A stretch of 64,000 nucleotides of DNA. Source: a virus. The stretch's first letter is position 1. Each line of letters starts with the position of its first letter. Positions 18,137 to 28,154 of this stretch are shown here, in pieces. The stretch covers positions 51,674 through 115,673 of IMG/VR virus record IMGVR_UViG_3300038443_002312; one strand, given 5' to 3'. A model generated the notes under the pieces. The model made no database searches and was not told where the DNA came from. It saw only the letters and a program-made list of their open reading frames with translations. A program made the translations under genes and the position numbers.

Positions 18137-19777
18137 TTACCCGGCCTGTTGTTTCGGCTTGATCCGCCCGGCCCGGATGCCGGCGATCACGCCGCTGGCG
18201 TCCTTCTTCGTCATCTGCCGGACCCGGTCCCGGTCCCAGCCGAGCTTGCCGACGATGGTGTCGACCTGGGCCGGGGTCGCGAGTTCCAACTGGGCCGGGG
18301 TGTGGGTGGCGGCGGGCGCGGCCCCGCGCGGGTCGAACAGGTCGAGGTCCGGCCCGACCTCGTACTGCACGGCCACCGCCCGGAGCTTCCGCCGCCGCTC
18401 GACCTCCTCCCGCAGGAGGGCCACTTCCGCCTCGGCCCGGCCGAGCACGTCGAGCACGTCGGCCGGGTCCCGGCCCGGGGGCGGGTCGCCGGCCAGGAGC
18501 TTGTTCGCGTACTCCCGGACGCCCGGGGCGTAGTCCCCGCCGAGCACGTCCACGCTGGTCAGCACCTTGCGGGCCCCGGCGGCGACGAAGTCCAGGGCGC
18601 ACGCCCACGGCTTGGCGCTCCCGGCGATGGCCGCGAGCCGCGGGCCCGGGTCGTCGGACCACAGTTCGTCCCGTCGGGCCGGGTCGTCCAAAAGACCGTC
18701 GAGGGGCCGCATAACTCGGCCAATAATTTGACTGATAAGGACGATGGACTGGGCCGGGCGGCAGACGGCCGCGACCGCGGCGTTGGGTAAATCAATTCCG
18801 ACCGTGACGACGTTGCAGTTGACCAGCTTCCGGTACAGGCCCGCGCGGAAGTCGGCGAACGCGGCCCCGCGCTCGACCTGGTCCTTGAGGTCGTCGGTCA
18901 CCCACCGGACGTTCCCGGGCTCGTACGCCTCGAACGCCTCCCACGCCCGCTTGACCCACCGCTTGCCCGGCCCGTAGACCAGGGTCGGGCGGTCCCCGGC
19001 CAGGTCGCGGACGGCCAGGGTCAGTTGGTGGAACGGGGCGGCCTGGGACAGGGCCTCGTCCAGGGCCTTCTTGTCGAAGTGCCCGAGCGCGTCGACGGCC
19101 ACCTTGTCCCACTCGATCCCGGTGACCCGCAGGGGCAGGGACCGGACCCCGCACAGCCACCCGGCCCGGACCATGTCGAGGACCTTGAGGTTGACCGCGA
19201 CCGAGTCGAACCCGCACGCCCGGCCGATCCCCTCGCCGCGGTCGTCCGCCCAGGTCGCACTCACCCCGCCCTGCCGGCACCGCTTGTTCTGCCGGAAGTG
19301 CTTGAAGATGTCCTGCCACCCCTTCGCGTGCGACAGGTGGCCCTCGTCCGCCAGGACGGTGTCGAACTCGTTCGGGTCGAAGCTCTTGAGCCGGGCCTCC
19401 CCCGTCTTCGTCCCCAGGGTCTGGACCATCGCGACGACGTACGGCGGCCGGTTGGCCCGGGTGTCCGCCCGGCTCTCGGCCTGCTCGCGGCCGATCCCGG
19501 GGGCCTTGAGGTAGCCGTTCTCGTCGGCGAACGGCTCGCCGACCGACGGGTCGAGCCGGTGAATCCAGCGGATGATCTGGTCGGCCAGTTCCCCGCGGTG
19601 GACCAGGTAGAGCGTCCGCTTGCGGGTCCGCTCGCAGCGGGTCTTGCCGATGTCGGCCAAGGGGGCCGTTTTCCCCGCCCCGGTGGGGAGGCTGATGAGC
19701 GGGTGCCGCCCGCCATCCATGTGCTCGCAGAAGACGCGGCTGGCGGTCGCCTGGTACGGGCGGAGGACGAAGGCCAC
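18137..19777 (-). CDS. SF2 DEAD/DEAH-box helicase
   Basis: LRPYQ, LPTGAGKT, DEGH, SAT, VGIDLP, QIIGRVMR. Confidence 0.92.
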   Translation of the reverse strand: MAFVLRPYQATASRVFCEHMDGGRHPLISLPTGAGKTAPLADIGKTRCERTRKRTLYLVHRGELADQIIRWIHRLDPSVGEPFADENGYLKAPGIGREQAESRADTRANRPPYVVAMVQTLGTKTGEARLKSFDPNEFDTVLADEGHLSHAKGWQDIFKHFRQNKRCRQGGVSATWADDRGEGIGRACGFDSVAVNLKVLDMVRAGWLCGVRSLPLRVTGIEWDKVAVDALGHFDKKALDEALSQAAPFHQLTLAVRDLAGDRPTLVYGPGKRWVKRAWEAFEAYEPGNVRWVTDDLKDQVERGAAFADFRAGLYRKLVNCNVVTVGIDLPNAAVAAVCRPAQSIVLISQIIGRVMRPLDGLLDDPARRDELWSDDPGPRLAAIAGSAKPWACALDFVAAGARKVLTSVDVLGGDYAPGVREYANKLLAGDPPPGRDPADVLDVLGRAEAEVALLREEVERRRKLRAVAVQYEVGPDLDLFDPRGAAPAATHTPAQLELATPAQVDTIVGKLGWDRDRVRQMTKKDASGVIAGIRAGRIKPKQQAG

Positions 19778-19810
19778 GGGACGACTCCGGAGGGACCGCG
19801 GAACCCGATC

Positions 19811-20035
19811 TCAGATCCCGCCGCCGTCGGCCGACAGCGGGCAGTCGAGGTGCCGCTCGCGGAACTGCTCCGCCTGCTGCTCGAACCGGGCCGGGGAGAA
19901 CGGCCCCCGGAGGTACCACTCGGCCCCGCACCGGGCACACCGCCCGGCCGGCCCGACCGGCCCGACCGGCTCCGGGGCCTCCCGCCGCCGGATCTCGGCC
20001 TTCAGGGCGGCCAGGGGGACGATCGACAGGTCCAT
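19811..20035 (-). CDS. Small Zn-finger protein
   Basis: CARCG...HLDC. Confidence 0.5.
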   Translation of the reverse strand: MDLSIVPLAALKAEIRRREAPEPVGPVGPAGRCARCGAEWYLRGPFSPARFEQQAEQFRERHLDCPLSADGGGI

Positions 20036-20502
20036 CAGCGCACCGGGGGTCGGAACACGGCCGGGCCGTCGACCCCCGCGATCACGACCGGGAAGATCAC
20101 GTCGGGGTCGAGGCACAGCGGGATCAGCCACCGCAGGTTCGGCACCACGTTCAGGGTCGGCAGGTCCCGGAGCGGGTGCCAGGCGGTCGGCTCGTCCGGG
20201 GCGTACGGCCGCATCGGGCAGATCTGCCGGGCCCGGCCGACGAAGAAGTGGACCGGGGACCCGCCCCGCCCGCGGAGGACGACGGCCTCCCGCCACTCCC
20301 CGGGGGTCGTCGTGTTCCCGGTCTCCTCCCGGAACTCCCGGACCATCGCGGCCAGGGGCGTCTCCCCCGGCTCGGCCGCGCCGCCGATCCCGTTCCACTT
20401 CCCCCGCTGCCACGCCGGCCGGGCCTTCTTGACGAGGGCGACCGACAGCCCGGAGTCGCCGATCAGGAAACCGGTCACGAACCGAGTCTCGGGGGTGGTC
20501 AT
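20035..20502 (-). CDS. NUDIX hydrolase
   Basis: Nudix box GGAAEPGETPLAAMVREFREETG. Confidence 0.92.
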   Translation of the reverse strand: MTTPETRFVTGFLIGDSGLSVALVKKARPAWQRGKWNGIGGAAEPGETPLAAMVREFREETGNTTTPGEWREAVVLRGRGGSPVHFFVGRARQICPMRPYAPDEPTAWHPLRDLPTLNVVPNLRWLIPLCLDPDVIFPVVIAGVDGPAVFRPPVR

Positions 20503-20515
20503 CGGCGCTCCCGCG

Positions 20516-20896
20516 TTAGCCCCGCATCCCGTGCGGCGACCGGACCACCCGGCCGCCCGCCTTGTACTTCCCGGGCCGCGGCCGGCCCAACTTGTCGGCC
20601 GGCCGGGCGTCCTCCGGGCGCGTGTACCCGGTCGCCTTCCGGCCGGCGAACGCCGCCTCCAGCGCGAGCCCGACCGCCTCCGCCCACGACAGGCAGACCC
20701 GCACGGCCCCGGTCGGGCTGGTCCACTCCCGCCGGGCCGGGGCGTAGGTGCCGACGACGACCGCGACCGTCTCGGGCCCGACCGAGTACGCCCGGCGGGC
20801 CACCTGGAGGGCGTGCCGCCCGCCGCCGAGGTCGACCACCCCGCCCCGGAAGTCGCGCATCCGGGCCCGGGCCGCCCTGACGTCGTCGCCGGTCAT
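20516..20896 (-). CDS. Hypothetical protein
   Basis: 126 aa ORF in operon. Confidence 0.55.
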   Translation of the reverse strand: MTGDDVRAARARMRDFRGGVVDLGGGRHALQVARRAYSVGPETVAVVVGTYAPARREWTSPTGAVRVCLSWAEAVGLALEAAFAGRKATGYTRPEDARPADKLGRPRPGKYKAGGRVVRSPHGMRG

Positions 20897-20929
20897 ACCG
20901 CCGCCCTCCGGGACCCGCCAACCCGTTGG

Positions 20930-22291
20930 CTACAGCTTCTCTTCCAGGTGCCGCAGGTGTTCGGCGGCCAGCCGCTTGAGGGTCGCGATGGCCGGGTCCC
21001 CGGCCTTGTCCAGGGCCTTGTACTGGTGGTCGCCGACGTGCCCGGTCCCGTGGCACGTCTCGCACCCCTTCGAGAACTTGCCGAGCCGGCCGTGCTCCTG
21101 GGCGCACACCGGGCACTGGGCGTACGGCCGGGCCTCGGCCAGGGTCGCGGCCATCTCGGCGAGCCCCGGGCACGAGTAGACCGTCTCCAACTCGCCGTCC
21201 TGCTCCTTGGGCCGGGCCTTGAGCAGATTCGGGTGCTTGTCGGCCGCCCGGGCCAGGCGATCCCCGCCCGGGGCGGCGGCCAGGGCCGACACCGCCTTCA
21301 TCGCCTGGCGGACCAGCCCGAGGGCCCGGTCGAACTCCTCCCGGGCCTTGAACTGCTCGATCAGCCTGTCCGACCCGAGCGGGTGGTCGGCCTCGTCGGT
21401 CTCGCCCCGGGACAGCTGGATCACCGCCCGGGCCGCGGCCGCGACGGCGATCTTCCCGTCGTCGAGCTTCTTCGCGATCTCCTCGGCCTTGGCCTTCTTC
21501 TCCGGGGACAGTTCGTCGGACTTCGCGGCGGCGAACACGAGCCGGGCCTGGCGGAGGGACTCCGGGTTGGTGTTCAGGGCCTCGGCCACCCGCTCCCGCT
21601 TGGCCTTGCCGCCGACCGGGGCCCGCTGGTACACCCGGTCGAGTTCCTCCTTCCGCTTGACCTTGTCCGACCACTTCGGGTCGACCCGGTCGTCGTTCTC
21701 GGCCATCTCGGCCGCGAGCACCCAGGCCAGCCGGTCGGCCTGCTCCAGGTCGGACGTGTCGACGATCCGGGCCGGGATCGTGTCGAACTTCAACTCGTCC
21801 CGGACCGCGACCGTCCGCCGCCCGCCGGCCGTCAGCCGGTAGGACCCGTCGGCGTCGGCCGGCTCGACCACGATCGCGTGCATCAGCCCGTTCTTGCCGA
21901 TCGACCCGGCCAGGTCCCGGATGCCGGGCATGTCCGACCGGTACCGGTTTTCGAGCCTCACCTTGTCGACCGGGATGTTCACGACCGGGAAGTTGCCCCA
22001 GTGCTTCTTGACCCAGTCGGTCGCCTCGACCCCCTTGACCTCGCCCGGGGCCGCCGCCGGGGCGGCGCCGTCCGCCGGGACGGCCGCCGGGGCCGGGGCC
22101 GCCTCCTCCGGCGTCCTGGCCTTCGGGGCCTTGCCCCCCTTGCCCGGCTTGGCGGCCTTCGCCTTGCCGGCCTTGCCCTTCTTGTCCGGCTTGGCGCCGG
22201 CCTTCCCGCCCTTGCCGCCGCCCTTGAGCGCCCCGAGGGCGTCCCTGACCATCCCCTTCCCGTCCTTCTTCGCCTTCGTCGCCGTGGTCAT
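20930..22291 (-). CDS. ParB/Spo0J-like protein with Lys/Ala-rich N-terminus and C-terminal Zn finger
   Basis: LAGSIGKNGLMHAIVV...LTAGGRR...AENDDR; HTH-like ERVAEALN; CPVC/CETC. Confidence 0.8.
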   Translation of the reverse strand: MTTATKAKKDGKGMVRDALGALKGGGKGGKAGAKPDKKGKAGKAKAAKPGKGGKAPKARTPEEAAPAPAAVPADGAAPAAAPGEVKGVEATDWVKKHWGNFPVVNIPVDKVRLENRYRSDMPGIRDLAGSIGKNGLMHAIVVEPADADGSYRLTAGGRRTVAVRDELKFDTIPARIVDTSDLEQADRLAWVLAAEMAENDDRVDPKWSDKVKRKEELDRVYQRAPVGGKAKRERVAEALNTNPESLRQARLVFAAAKSDELSPEKKAKAEEIAKKLDDGKIAVAAAARAVIQLSRGETDEADHPLGSDRLIEQFKAREEFDRALGLVRQAMKAVSALAAAPGGDRLARAADKHPNLLKARPKEQDGELETVYSCPGLAEMAATLAEARPYAQCPVCAQEHGRLGKFSKGCETCHGTGHVGDHQYKALDKAGDPAIATLKRLAAEHLRHLEEKL

Positions 22292-22333
22292 CGCCGCTGT
22301 CTCCCGCGAACTGGGGCGGCCGCGCCGCCCGGT

Positions 22334-22392
22334 GTTTAAGCTAAAGAAGTGTACGCCCCCGGGGCGCCCGGGGCAAGTGCCAAGATCTTGGC
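22334..22392 (-). promoter_or_regulatory. Promoter TTGCCC-17-TACACT with upstream GCCAAGATCTTGGC and downstream TTTAGCTTAAA operator
   Basis: Intergenic, upstream of the parB-like gene. Confidence 0.6.
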
Positions 22393-22400
22393 ACGCCCCC

Positions 22401-23291
22401 TCAGAAGTTCGTCCACAGGCAGTGTACTAACTTGCGCTTGGCATTACCGCCGGCCGCCGCGTTCGGGACCTGCTTCTCGTGCCGGGTCCAGTGGTGCAGC
22501 CGGGCGACGTCGTCGTACAGGTCCGACCGCAGGCCGGACAGGGCGAAGTGGGCGTTCTTGAGCCCGCCGAGCGTGTCGAGCAGGGCGACGTGCTGGGCCC
22601 GGGTGTACTCGAACCGGTACACGTCCGGGGCGGCCCGGGTCTCGGCCAGCCACGGCGGGTCGAGGTAAAAGACCGCCCCGGGGACGTCGTACTTGAGGCA
22701 CACGGCCGGGGCGTCCCGGTTGAGGACGAGGACCCGGATCAGGCGGGCGCGGACCTCGGGCAGGCGGTCGACCGCCCCGAGCAGGGCCGACACCTGCTCG
22801 TTCATCCCGCCGCGGAGGCGGGACTTGGTCAGCCCGGCGAACGCTTCCCCCGTGTCCGTCCGCCCGGCGAGACACTGCCGGCAGCGGACGAAGTAGCTGA
22901 CGGCGGCGCCGACGTGCGGGGCGGGGAACGTCCCCTTCTCGGCCAGGAGCCGCCGGTACTCGTTGCTCGCGGCGACCGCCCGCTCCCAGGCGGGCTCGGA
23001 GAACGGGGTCAGCTGGGCCCGGCGGAGGAAGTCGAGGAAGACCGCCTCCGGCCCGCCGAGGACGGCCCAGAAGTTGGTCAGTTCGCCGTCCAGGTCGTTG
23101 ACCACCTCGGACACGCCCTCGGGGTCGAGGGCGAAGAGGACCGACAGGCCCCCGGCGTACGGCTCGACGTACGTGGTCCGCGGGACCCGGCCGACGACCC
23201 CGGCGATCCACTGGGCGTTATAGTTCTGACCACCGTGAGTCTTTAAGGTAGTCTTGATTCGCGTGTATTTGGGCTTGGTCTTAGTCGGCAT
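22401..23291 (-). CDS. Dam-like (D12 class) DNA adenine methyltransferase
   Basis: YVEPYAGGLSV, EVVNDLDGELTNFW, FYLDPPW. Confidence 0.88.
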   Translation of the reverse strand: MPTKTKPKYTRIKTTLKTHGGQNYNAQWIAGVVGRVPRTTYVEPYAGGLSVLFALDPEGVSEVVNDLDGELTNFWAVLGGPEAVFLDFLRRAQLTPFSEPAWERAVAASNEYRRLLAEKGTFPAPHVGAAVSYFVRCRQCLAGRTDTGEAFAGLTKSRLRGGMNEQVSALLGAVDRLPEVRARLIRVLVLNRDAPAVCLKYDVPGAVFYLDPPWLAETRAAPDVYRFEYTRAQHVALLDTLGGLKNAHFALSGLRSDLYDDVARLHHWTRHEKQVPNAAAGGNAKRKLVHCLWTNF

Positions 23292-23835
23292 CGGGGGCCT
23301 CGTGGGCGATGCGGATGCGGCAGGCACAGCGGTAGGCCGGGGCCTGGAGGAACACCCACCGGACCCGCGGGTCGCGGCCGGTGTCCTTGACCCCGAGCCA
23401 GGCCGCCACGGTGTCTTTCACGGCCTTGAACGCCCGGGGTAAATTCTCGTCTTCGTCTAACTGCTTGCCGCCGAGCCGGGTCATCGTGACGACGGCCGGG
23501 AGCGGGAACGTCATGACCGGGAGGGCGGCCCGGACGGCCTCCTTGACCGCCGTCTTGCGGCCGATCTTCGCCCGGAGGCCGCCGCCGACCGCGGACCCGG
23601 CGTTCGCCTCGGACACCAGCCGGACGTTGACGTCGACCTCGACCACCAGGCGGGCCAGGGGCGGGCGGGCGGGCGGCGGCGTCTTGCCCCGGCGGGCCGG
23701 GGCGGGGGCCGGAACTCCCCCGCCCGCGGTCGCCGCCGGGCCCGCCGCCGGGGGAGAACCCCCGACGGTGACGGTCGCGGTCCCGCGCTTCAGGGCCGCG
23801 ATCATCTCGTCCACGTTCCCCCGGATGGTCGGCAC
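23281..23835 (-). CDS. RusA-like Holliday junction resolvase
   Basis: SEAN...VTMTRLGGKQLDEDENL..AFKAVKD.VAAWLGVKD. Confidence 0.65.
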   Translation of the reverse strand: MPTIRGNVDEMIAALKRGTATVTVGGSPPAAGPAATAGGGVPAPAPARRGKTPPPARPPLARLVVEVDVNVRLVSEANAGSAVGGGLRAKIGRKTAVKEAVRAALPVMTFPLPAVVTMTRLGGKQLDEDENLPRAFKAVKDTVAAWLGVKDTGRDPRVRWVFLQAPAYRCACRIRIAHEAPDAD

Positions 23836-23837
23836 GG

Positions 23838-24308
23838 TCAGCCTCCCCCGCCGAGTTCGGCCAGTTCCGGGCCGACCGCCTCGGGGTCGCCGGTCAGCCG
23901 CCACAGGTGCGAGCGCAGCTTCGGGAACATCGCCAACGCCTTGTCGGCGTACTCCGGGTCGTCGGCCAGGGCGACGGCCAGTCCGCCGAGGATCGGCCGG
24001 CGGTACGACGGCGGGCAGTTCCGGGCTTTCTCGGTCGCCTCGACCGCCTGGAGGACCTGGCTACACTCCGGACACCGGGCGTACGTGTCCTCGCGGCCGT
24101 GGTCGCACTCCCCGGGCCGGCACCGGCAGGCGCCGTCGTCGTCCGCGTGCGCACAGGTCTCGCGCTCGCGGTGGTAGACCTCCCGGTACGTCTCGCCGGG
24201 CAGGATCGGCCGGGCACACTCGCCGCAGGCGACGGGGGACGCGGCCACCGGGTCGGTGACCTCCGTCACCTCCGGGACGTACTCGTAGTCGTCGGCGCGG
24301 AAACACAC
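23838..24308 (-). CDS. Cys-rich hypothetical protein
   Basis: CGEC..PI.PGETY, CPEC. Confidence 0.65.
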   Translation of the reverse strand: MCFRADDYEYVPEVTEVTDPVAASPVACGECARPILPGETYREVYHRERETCAHADDDGACRCRPGECDHGREDTYARCPECSQVLQAVEATEKARNCPPSYRRPILGGLAVALADDPEYADKALAMFPKLRSHLWRLTGDPEAVGPELAELGGGG

Positions 24309-24318
24309 GGCGGAACTC

Positions 24319-24831
24319 CTAGACGATTCGCGGCAGGGCGGCCCGCGGGGACGGGACCCGGTCGACCGGCAGGCCGAGGGCCAGGAGCCCGCCGGCCGTC
24401 TCGCCGATGTCGACGAACCCGGCCCGGCGGTAGGTCCAGCCCCACGTCTCCCTCCCGCGGACCCGGGTCGGGCGGACGAACGCCCGGTCGATGAACGTCA
24501 CCATTGCGACGGGGCCGGCGGCCGACGCGACGGCCGGCGGGTCGCCCCAGACCGCCCGGGACGCCGCCACCGCCTGGACGATCAGGTCGGACGCCCGCCG
24601 CGGGGACTCGTTCCGGAAGCACGAGCACACCCACGCCCCGGCCCACGCGTGCTTGACGTACCTCGCGATCGGCCAGGACGACACCCACAGGGCGTCGGCC
24701 CGGTAGGTCAGGAGGACCACGCACCGCCCGGGCGGGACGAACTGCGGGGCGCCGACCTTCTGACGGTTGTAGTGCGCGTCGGCGAGCCGGAGGGCCCGCC
24801 GGTCGGCCCGGTGACTGGCGAACCAGTTCAT
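24319..24831 (-). CDS. Putative Mom-like GNAT-fold DNA-modifying protein
   Basis: LADAHYNRQ...CSCFRNES...SDLI..AV...MVTFID...GWTYRRAGF..IGET pattern. Confidence 0.5.
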   Translation of the reverse strand: MNWFASHRADRRALRLADAHYNRQKVGAPQFVPPGRCVVLLTYRADALWVSSWPIARYVKHAWAGAWVCSCFRNESPRRASDLIVQAVAASRAVWGDPPAVASAAGPVAMVTFIDRAFVRPTRVRGRETWGWTYRRAGFVDIGETAGGLLALGLPVDRVPSPRAALPRIV

Positions 24832-25301
24832 CGCCCGCGGTTGCCCCGGTCGCGGTGCTGGTGCTGCTGGTGCGCCGGTTGCCGGGGCTGGTTGGCGACC
24901 GGCGGGGCCGCCGCCTGGAGCGGGGCGGCCCCGCCGGGCCCGGCGGCCGGTTCCGGCGGGGCGGCCGGCGGCACCTCCGGCGGGGGCGGGTCGCCCGCCT
25001 CGGCGCCCGGGACGGCGTCCCGGGCGGCCGCGTTCGCCTCGGCCGCCGCCGCCGCGTTCGCCTCGGCCCCGAGGACGAACCGCATGGCCGGCCGGTAGTC
25101 CTTCAGGAAGACGGCGTCCCGCGACCGGTTCCACAGGTCGGCCATCTCCTCGAACTTGGCGACCGTCACCCCGGCCTCGACGAGCTTCAGCCCGCGGCAC
25201 AGGGCGCACGGCGTGGTCCGGGCGAGCCCCGGGTGGGGCGACAGGCCACCGCCCTTACAGTGCGGGCACTGGCGGTACAGTTTGTCGGCGCTCGGGGTCA
25301 C
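24828..25301 (-). CDS. Zn-finger hypothetical protein
   Basis: CPHCKGGG...CALCRG. Confidence 0.55.
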   Translation of the reverse strand: MTPSADKLYRQCPHCKGGGLSPHPGLARTTPCALCRGLKLVEAGVTVAKFEEMADLWNRSRDAVFLKDYRPAMRFVLGAEANAAAAAEANAAARDAVPGAEAGDPPPPEVPPAAPPEPAAGPGGAAPLQAAAPPVANQPRQPAHQQHQHRDRGNRGR

Positions 25302-25822
25302 GGCACGCTCCGAAAAGTCGACCAGATAAAATGGTTCCGGGGCTTGTCCGGGGTCGGGGTGAGCGTCCCCTTGCCGAACTTGGCCTCCGCCCACCGGGCC
25401 ACCACCGGCCGCAGGTGGGCGGCCGCCTTGTCCGGGTCGGCCAGGTCGTCGAACGGGGCGACGAACTCGACCGCGTCGTGGTGCAGGGCCTCCGACGAGG
25501 TCAGGACCGCCACCCCGCCGCCGGACGGGGCCCGGGACGCGGTGTGGCGGTGGACGACCACCACCACCCCCTTCAGCCGGACCGTCCCGTCCTGGTTCCG
25601 GTACACGTACCCGTCCCCCCGGTCCGGCCGCAGGTCGGTCGCCCAGAACAGCGTCCCGGGCCCGTGCAGGAGGCGGGCCTGGGCCGCCACCGCCCGGTAC
25701 TCGGCGATCTCGTACGCCTCGCTCCCGGGCCGCTCCCGGGCCAGCCGCCCGGCCGCCGGGTCCAGGACGACCCGCCGCGGGAACCCGTTGAGCATCACTC
25801 TGACCGTCGCGATCTCGGGCAT
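25298..25822 (-). CDS. Hypothetical protein
   Basis: 174 aa, GAGGT SD. Confidence 0.65.
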   Translation of the reverse strand: MPEIATVRVMLNGFPRRVVLDPAAGRLARERPGSEAYEIAEYRAVAAQARLLHGPGTLFWATDLRPDRGDGYVYRNQDGTVRLKGVVVVVHRHTASRAPSGGGVAVLTSSEALHHDAVEFVAPFDDLADPDKAAAHLRPVVARWAEAKFGKGTLTPTPDKPRNHFIWSTFRSVP

Positions 25823-25913
25823 GGGAACACCTCGGTTGGGCCGGTCGGTCGGGGCCCGTGCAGTCTACCCGCCGGCCCCGGCCCGATCCAGCCGAGCCGC
25901 CCGGGCCCGCGTG

Positions 25914-25992
25914 GTTTAGTCTAAAGGAATGGTACGCCCGGACAGGGCCGGCGTCAACGGCGCGGGGGCGAATTTTCTGCCAAGCCGTTGGC
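25914..25992 (-). promoter_or_regulatory. Promoter TTGACG-17-TACCAT with downstream TTTAGACTAAA operator and upstream GCCAA-N4-TTGGC
   Basis: Intergenic; same architecture as 22334-22392. Confidence 0.65.
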
Positions 25993-26420
25993 TAGAACCG
26001 GCCGGCGTCCTGGAGTTCTTGCAGCCGGTCCTTGAGGGCCCGGGCGGCGGTCGCCTCCCCGGCGAGGACGGCCCGGGCCAGGGCGGCGGCGACGGCGTCC
26101 GGGTCCGGCCGCGGGGCCAGGCGGGCGGCCTGGTGGGCGCGGACGGCGGCCAGCAAGCGGTCGGCGTCGTGCCGGGAAACGACTTTGGGGAGGGTAACCC
26201 CGGGCGTGTCGGAGGTCCCGTCCGGGACGTACGTCCCCATCCACACGCCGGTCGCGTCGTAGATCAGGGAGACGGCGGCGGCCGGGTTGTTGAGCCCGGG
26301 GGAGCCGTCGGTCTCGCACCGGAACGGCTCCCACTCGTACCACCGGTCGACGAGGGACCGGCAGACCAGGTCGACGGCGTCGGGGGCGGCCGCGGGCTTG
26401 CGGCCGAAGAGAAAGGCCAT
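25992..26420 (-). CDS. Hypothetical protein
   Basis: 142 aa ORF. Confidence 0.6.
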   Translation of the reverse strand: MAFLFGRKPAAAPDAVDLVCRSLVDRWYEWEPFRCETDGSPGLNNPAAAVSLIYDATGVWMGTYVPDGTSDTPGVTLPKVVSRHDADRLLAAVRAHQAARLAPRPDPDAVAAALARAVLAGEATAARALKDRLQELQDAGRF

Positions 26421-26429
26421 CGGGCGTCC

Positions 26430-26840
26430 TCACTGGTGGTCGTCGGGGTCGGCCGCCGGCTCCTGGACGCCCCAGATCGCGGCGGCGGCCGCCTGTTCGC
26501 ACGCGCGGGAACAGAACGCCGTCTTCGTCTCGAAATCGGGGCGGAGGGCCTTCATGGGGGTGCCGCACCAGCCGCACGGGCCCTCGACGAGTTGGGCCTC
26601 CAGCCAGGCGGCCTCGGCGGCCCGGGCGGCCTCCCGCTGGCCGGCCTCCCACTCGTCGTGCGCCGCCACGCACACCGGGGAGCAGCACCGGTTCCGCGGG
26701 TCGGACTCGTCCTTCGGAACCCGAACGCCGGCCAAACACACGGGGCAGGTGTCGTCGACCACCTCGGCCGGGTCCGGGTCAACGTCGTCCGGCCCGAGCC
26801 CCGCATCCCGCACGTGGTCCGCCCACTCGCGCCAGCCCAT
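26430..26840 (-). CDS. Cys-rich (double Zn-finger) protein
   Basis: CPVC..CCSPVC; CGWCG..FCSRAC. Confidence 0.65.
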   Translation of the reverse strand: MGWREWADHVRDAGLGPDDVDPDPAEVVDDTCPVCLAGVRVPKDESDPRNRCCSPVCVAAHDEWEAGQREAARAAEAAWLEAQLVEGPCGWCGTPMKALRPDFETKTAFCSRACEQAAAAAIWGVQEPAADPDDHQ

Positions 26841-26854
26841 GGCAGTCCTCCCGG

Positions 26855-27652
26855 TTAGTCGATCTCCCCGTCGTCCTCCCGGCCGAGCAACCGGACGGGC
26901 GGTTCGGCGGGAGGAGTCTCGGCCGCCGCCCGGCGGGTGTTAATCCGGGTCCACAGGGCACCGGCGGTCCGGGCCAGGGCCCGGAACTCTTCGCCGGGGT
27001 GCTCGGCGAGGAAGGCCCGCGCCCGGGCCGAGTCGGGCCCGCCCGACTCGTTCATGACCTCAGCGTACTGCCCCAAGAGTTTACCCACGGGCGGGGGCTC
27101 GTCCGCGTGGGCGGCAACCGCGGCCCGGATCTCCGCCCGGGCCGCGACCACCCGCGGGTCGGTCGGGTCCACCCCGACCGGGAGCACGTCCGCGGCCAGC
27201 CGCCAGAACGCCGAAACCCCCCGGCCGCCGCCGAACTCCCCGGACTCCTTCGCGGCCTCGAACGTCCCCAGCCAGTCGGCGGTGATGTCCGGGTCGCCGC
27301 CCCGCTCGCGGTCTTCCCGGGGGCCCAGGAACGCGTCCCGCTCGGCCCGGGTGTCGAACAGGACCATCTGCCCGTTCTCGACGATCCGGGCGTTCCAGTA
27401 CGCCCCGGCCCCGCTCATGTCCACGTGACACATCCGCGGGATCTCCGCGCACCGCCCGTACCCGCGGAGGGTGAACGGCCGCCAGTCCAGCGGGGGCAGG
27501 GCGGCCTCGGGCACGACCCGGGCCCGGCACTCGCCCTCCTCGCCCACAAATTCGACGACCGTGACCGGGCTCGGGACGGCGGGGGCCGCCCCGGGCAGGT
27601 CGGCCACCGCCCCGGGCAGGTAATTCCCTTTGTACGCGTGCAGTTTTCTCAT
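26855..27652 (-). CDS. Hypothetical protein
   Basis: 265 aa ORF. Confidence 0.6.
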   Translation of the reverse strand: MRKLHAYKGNYLPGAVADLPGAAPAVPSPVTVVEFVGEEGECRARVVPEAALPPLDWRPFTLRGYGRCAEIPRMCHVDMSGAGAYWNARIVENGQMVLFDTRAERDAFLGPREDRERGGDPDITADWLGTFEAAKESGEFGGGRGVSAFWRLAADVLPVGVDPTDPRVVAARAEIRAAVAAHADEPPPVGKLLGQYAEVMNESGGPDSARARAFLAEHPGEEFRALARTAGALWTRINTRRAAAETPPAEPPVRLLGREDDGEID

Positions 27653-27783
27653 GTTGGCCTGTTGGGGTCAGAGGAGGATCAGGCCGGGGGCCACGTTGGC
27701 CCCCGGCCGCCGCCGGGGCCGGCCAGCAGATTGCCAGCTACCCACCGGCCCCGGGCAGTCTCGCGGTCGCCGGATCGCCGCCG

Positions 27784-28143
27784 TCACAGTTTGACCCGCG
27801 ACCGGTCGCACAAAATCGTCAGGGCCCGGGCCGAGAAGTCGGCCGGGTCCTCCGGCTCGACGTCGGCCGGGTGGTCGGCGTACGGGAGCCCGCACTGCTC
27901 GCACACGCACCGGGCCCCGGCCCGGGTGAAGTTCCGCCGCAACTCCCGGACCTCCGCCGCCGGCATCGTCACCGCCTCGACCCGCAGGGCGACGGCCACG
28001 TACCGCTTGAGGGGCGGCCGCAGGGCGGCGGCCATGCGCAGGAGCTCCGGGATCACGACCCGGCCGCCCCTCCTCGGCCGCCGCAGGCCCCCGGTCGCGG
28101 CCAGGCGGGCCGCCGACCGGACCATCCGCTCCGTGTCGGTCAT
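27784..28143 (-). CDS. Hypothetical protein
   Basis: MTDTERMV..., GGAGGT SD, CVCEQCG. Confidence 0.6.
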   Translation of the reverse strand: MTDTERMVRSAARLAATGGLRRPRRGGRVVIPELLRMAAALRPPLKRYVAVALRVEAVTMPAAEVRELRRNFTRAGARCVCEQCGLPYADHPADVEPEDPADFSARALTILCDRSRVKL

Positions 28144-28154
28144 CGAAACACCTC

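Noticed and set aside
12773-22339. Very long plus-strand ORFs (1022, 1016 and 1104 aa) and many similar Arg/Pro/Gly-rich ORFs across the window
   Set aside because: Shadow frames of minus-strand genes in very high GC DNA; no recognisable motifs
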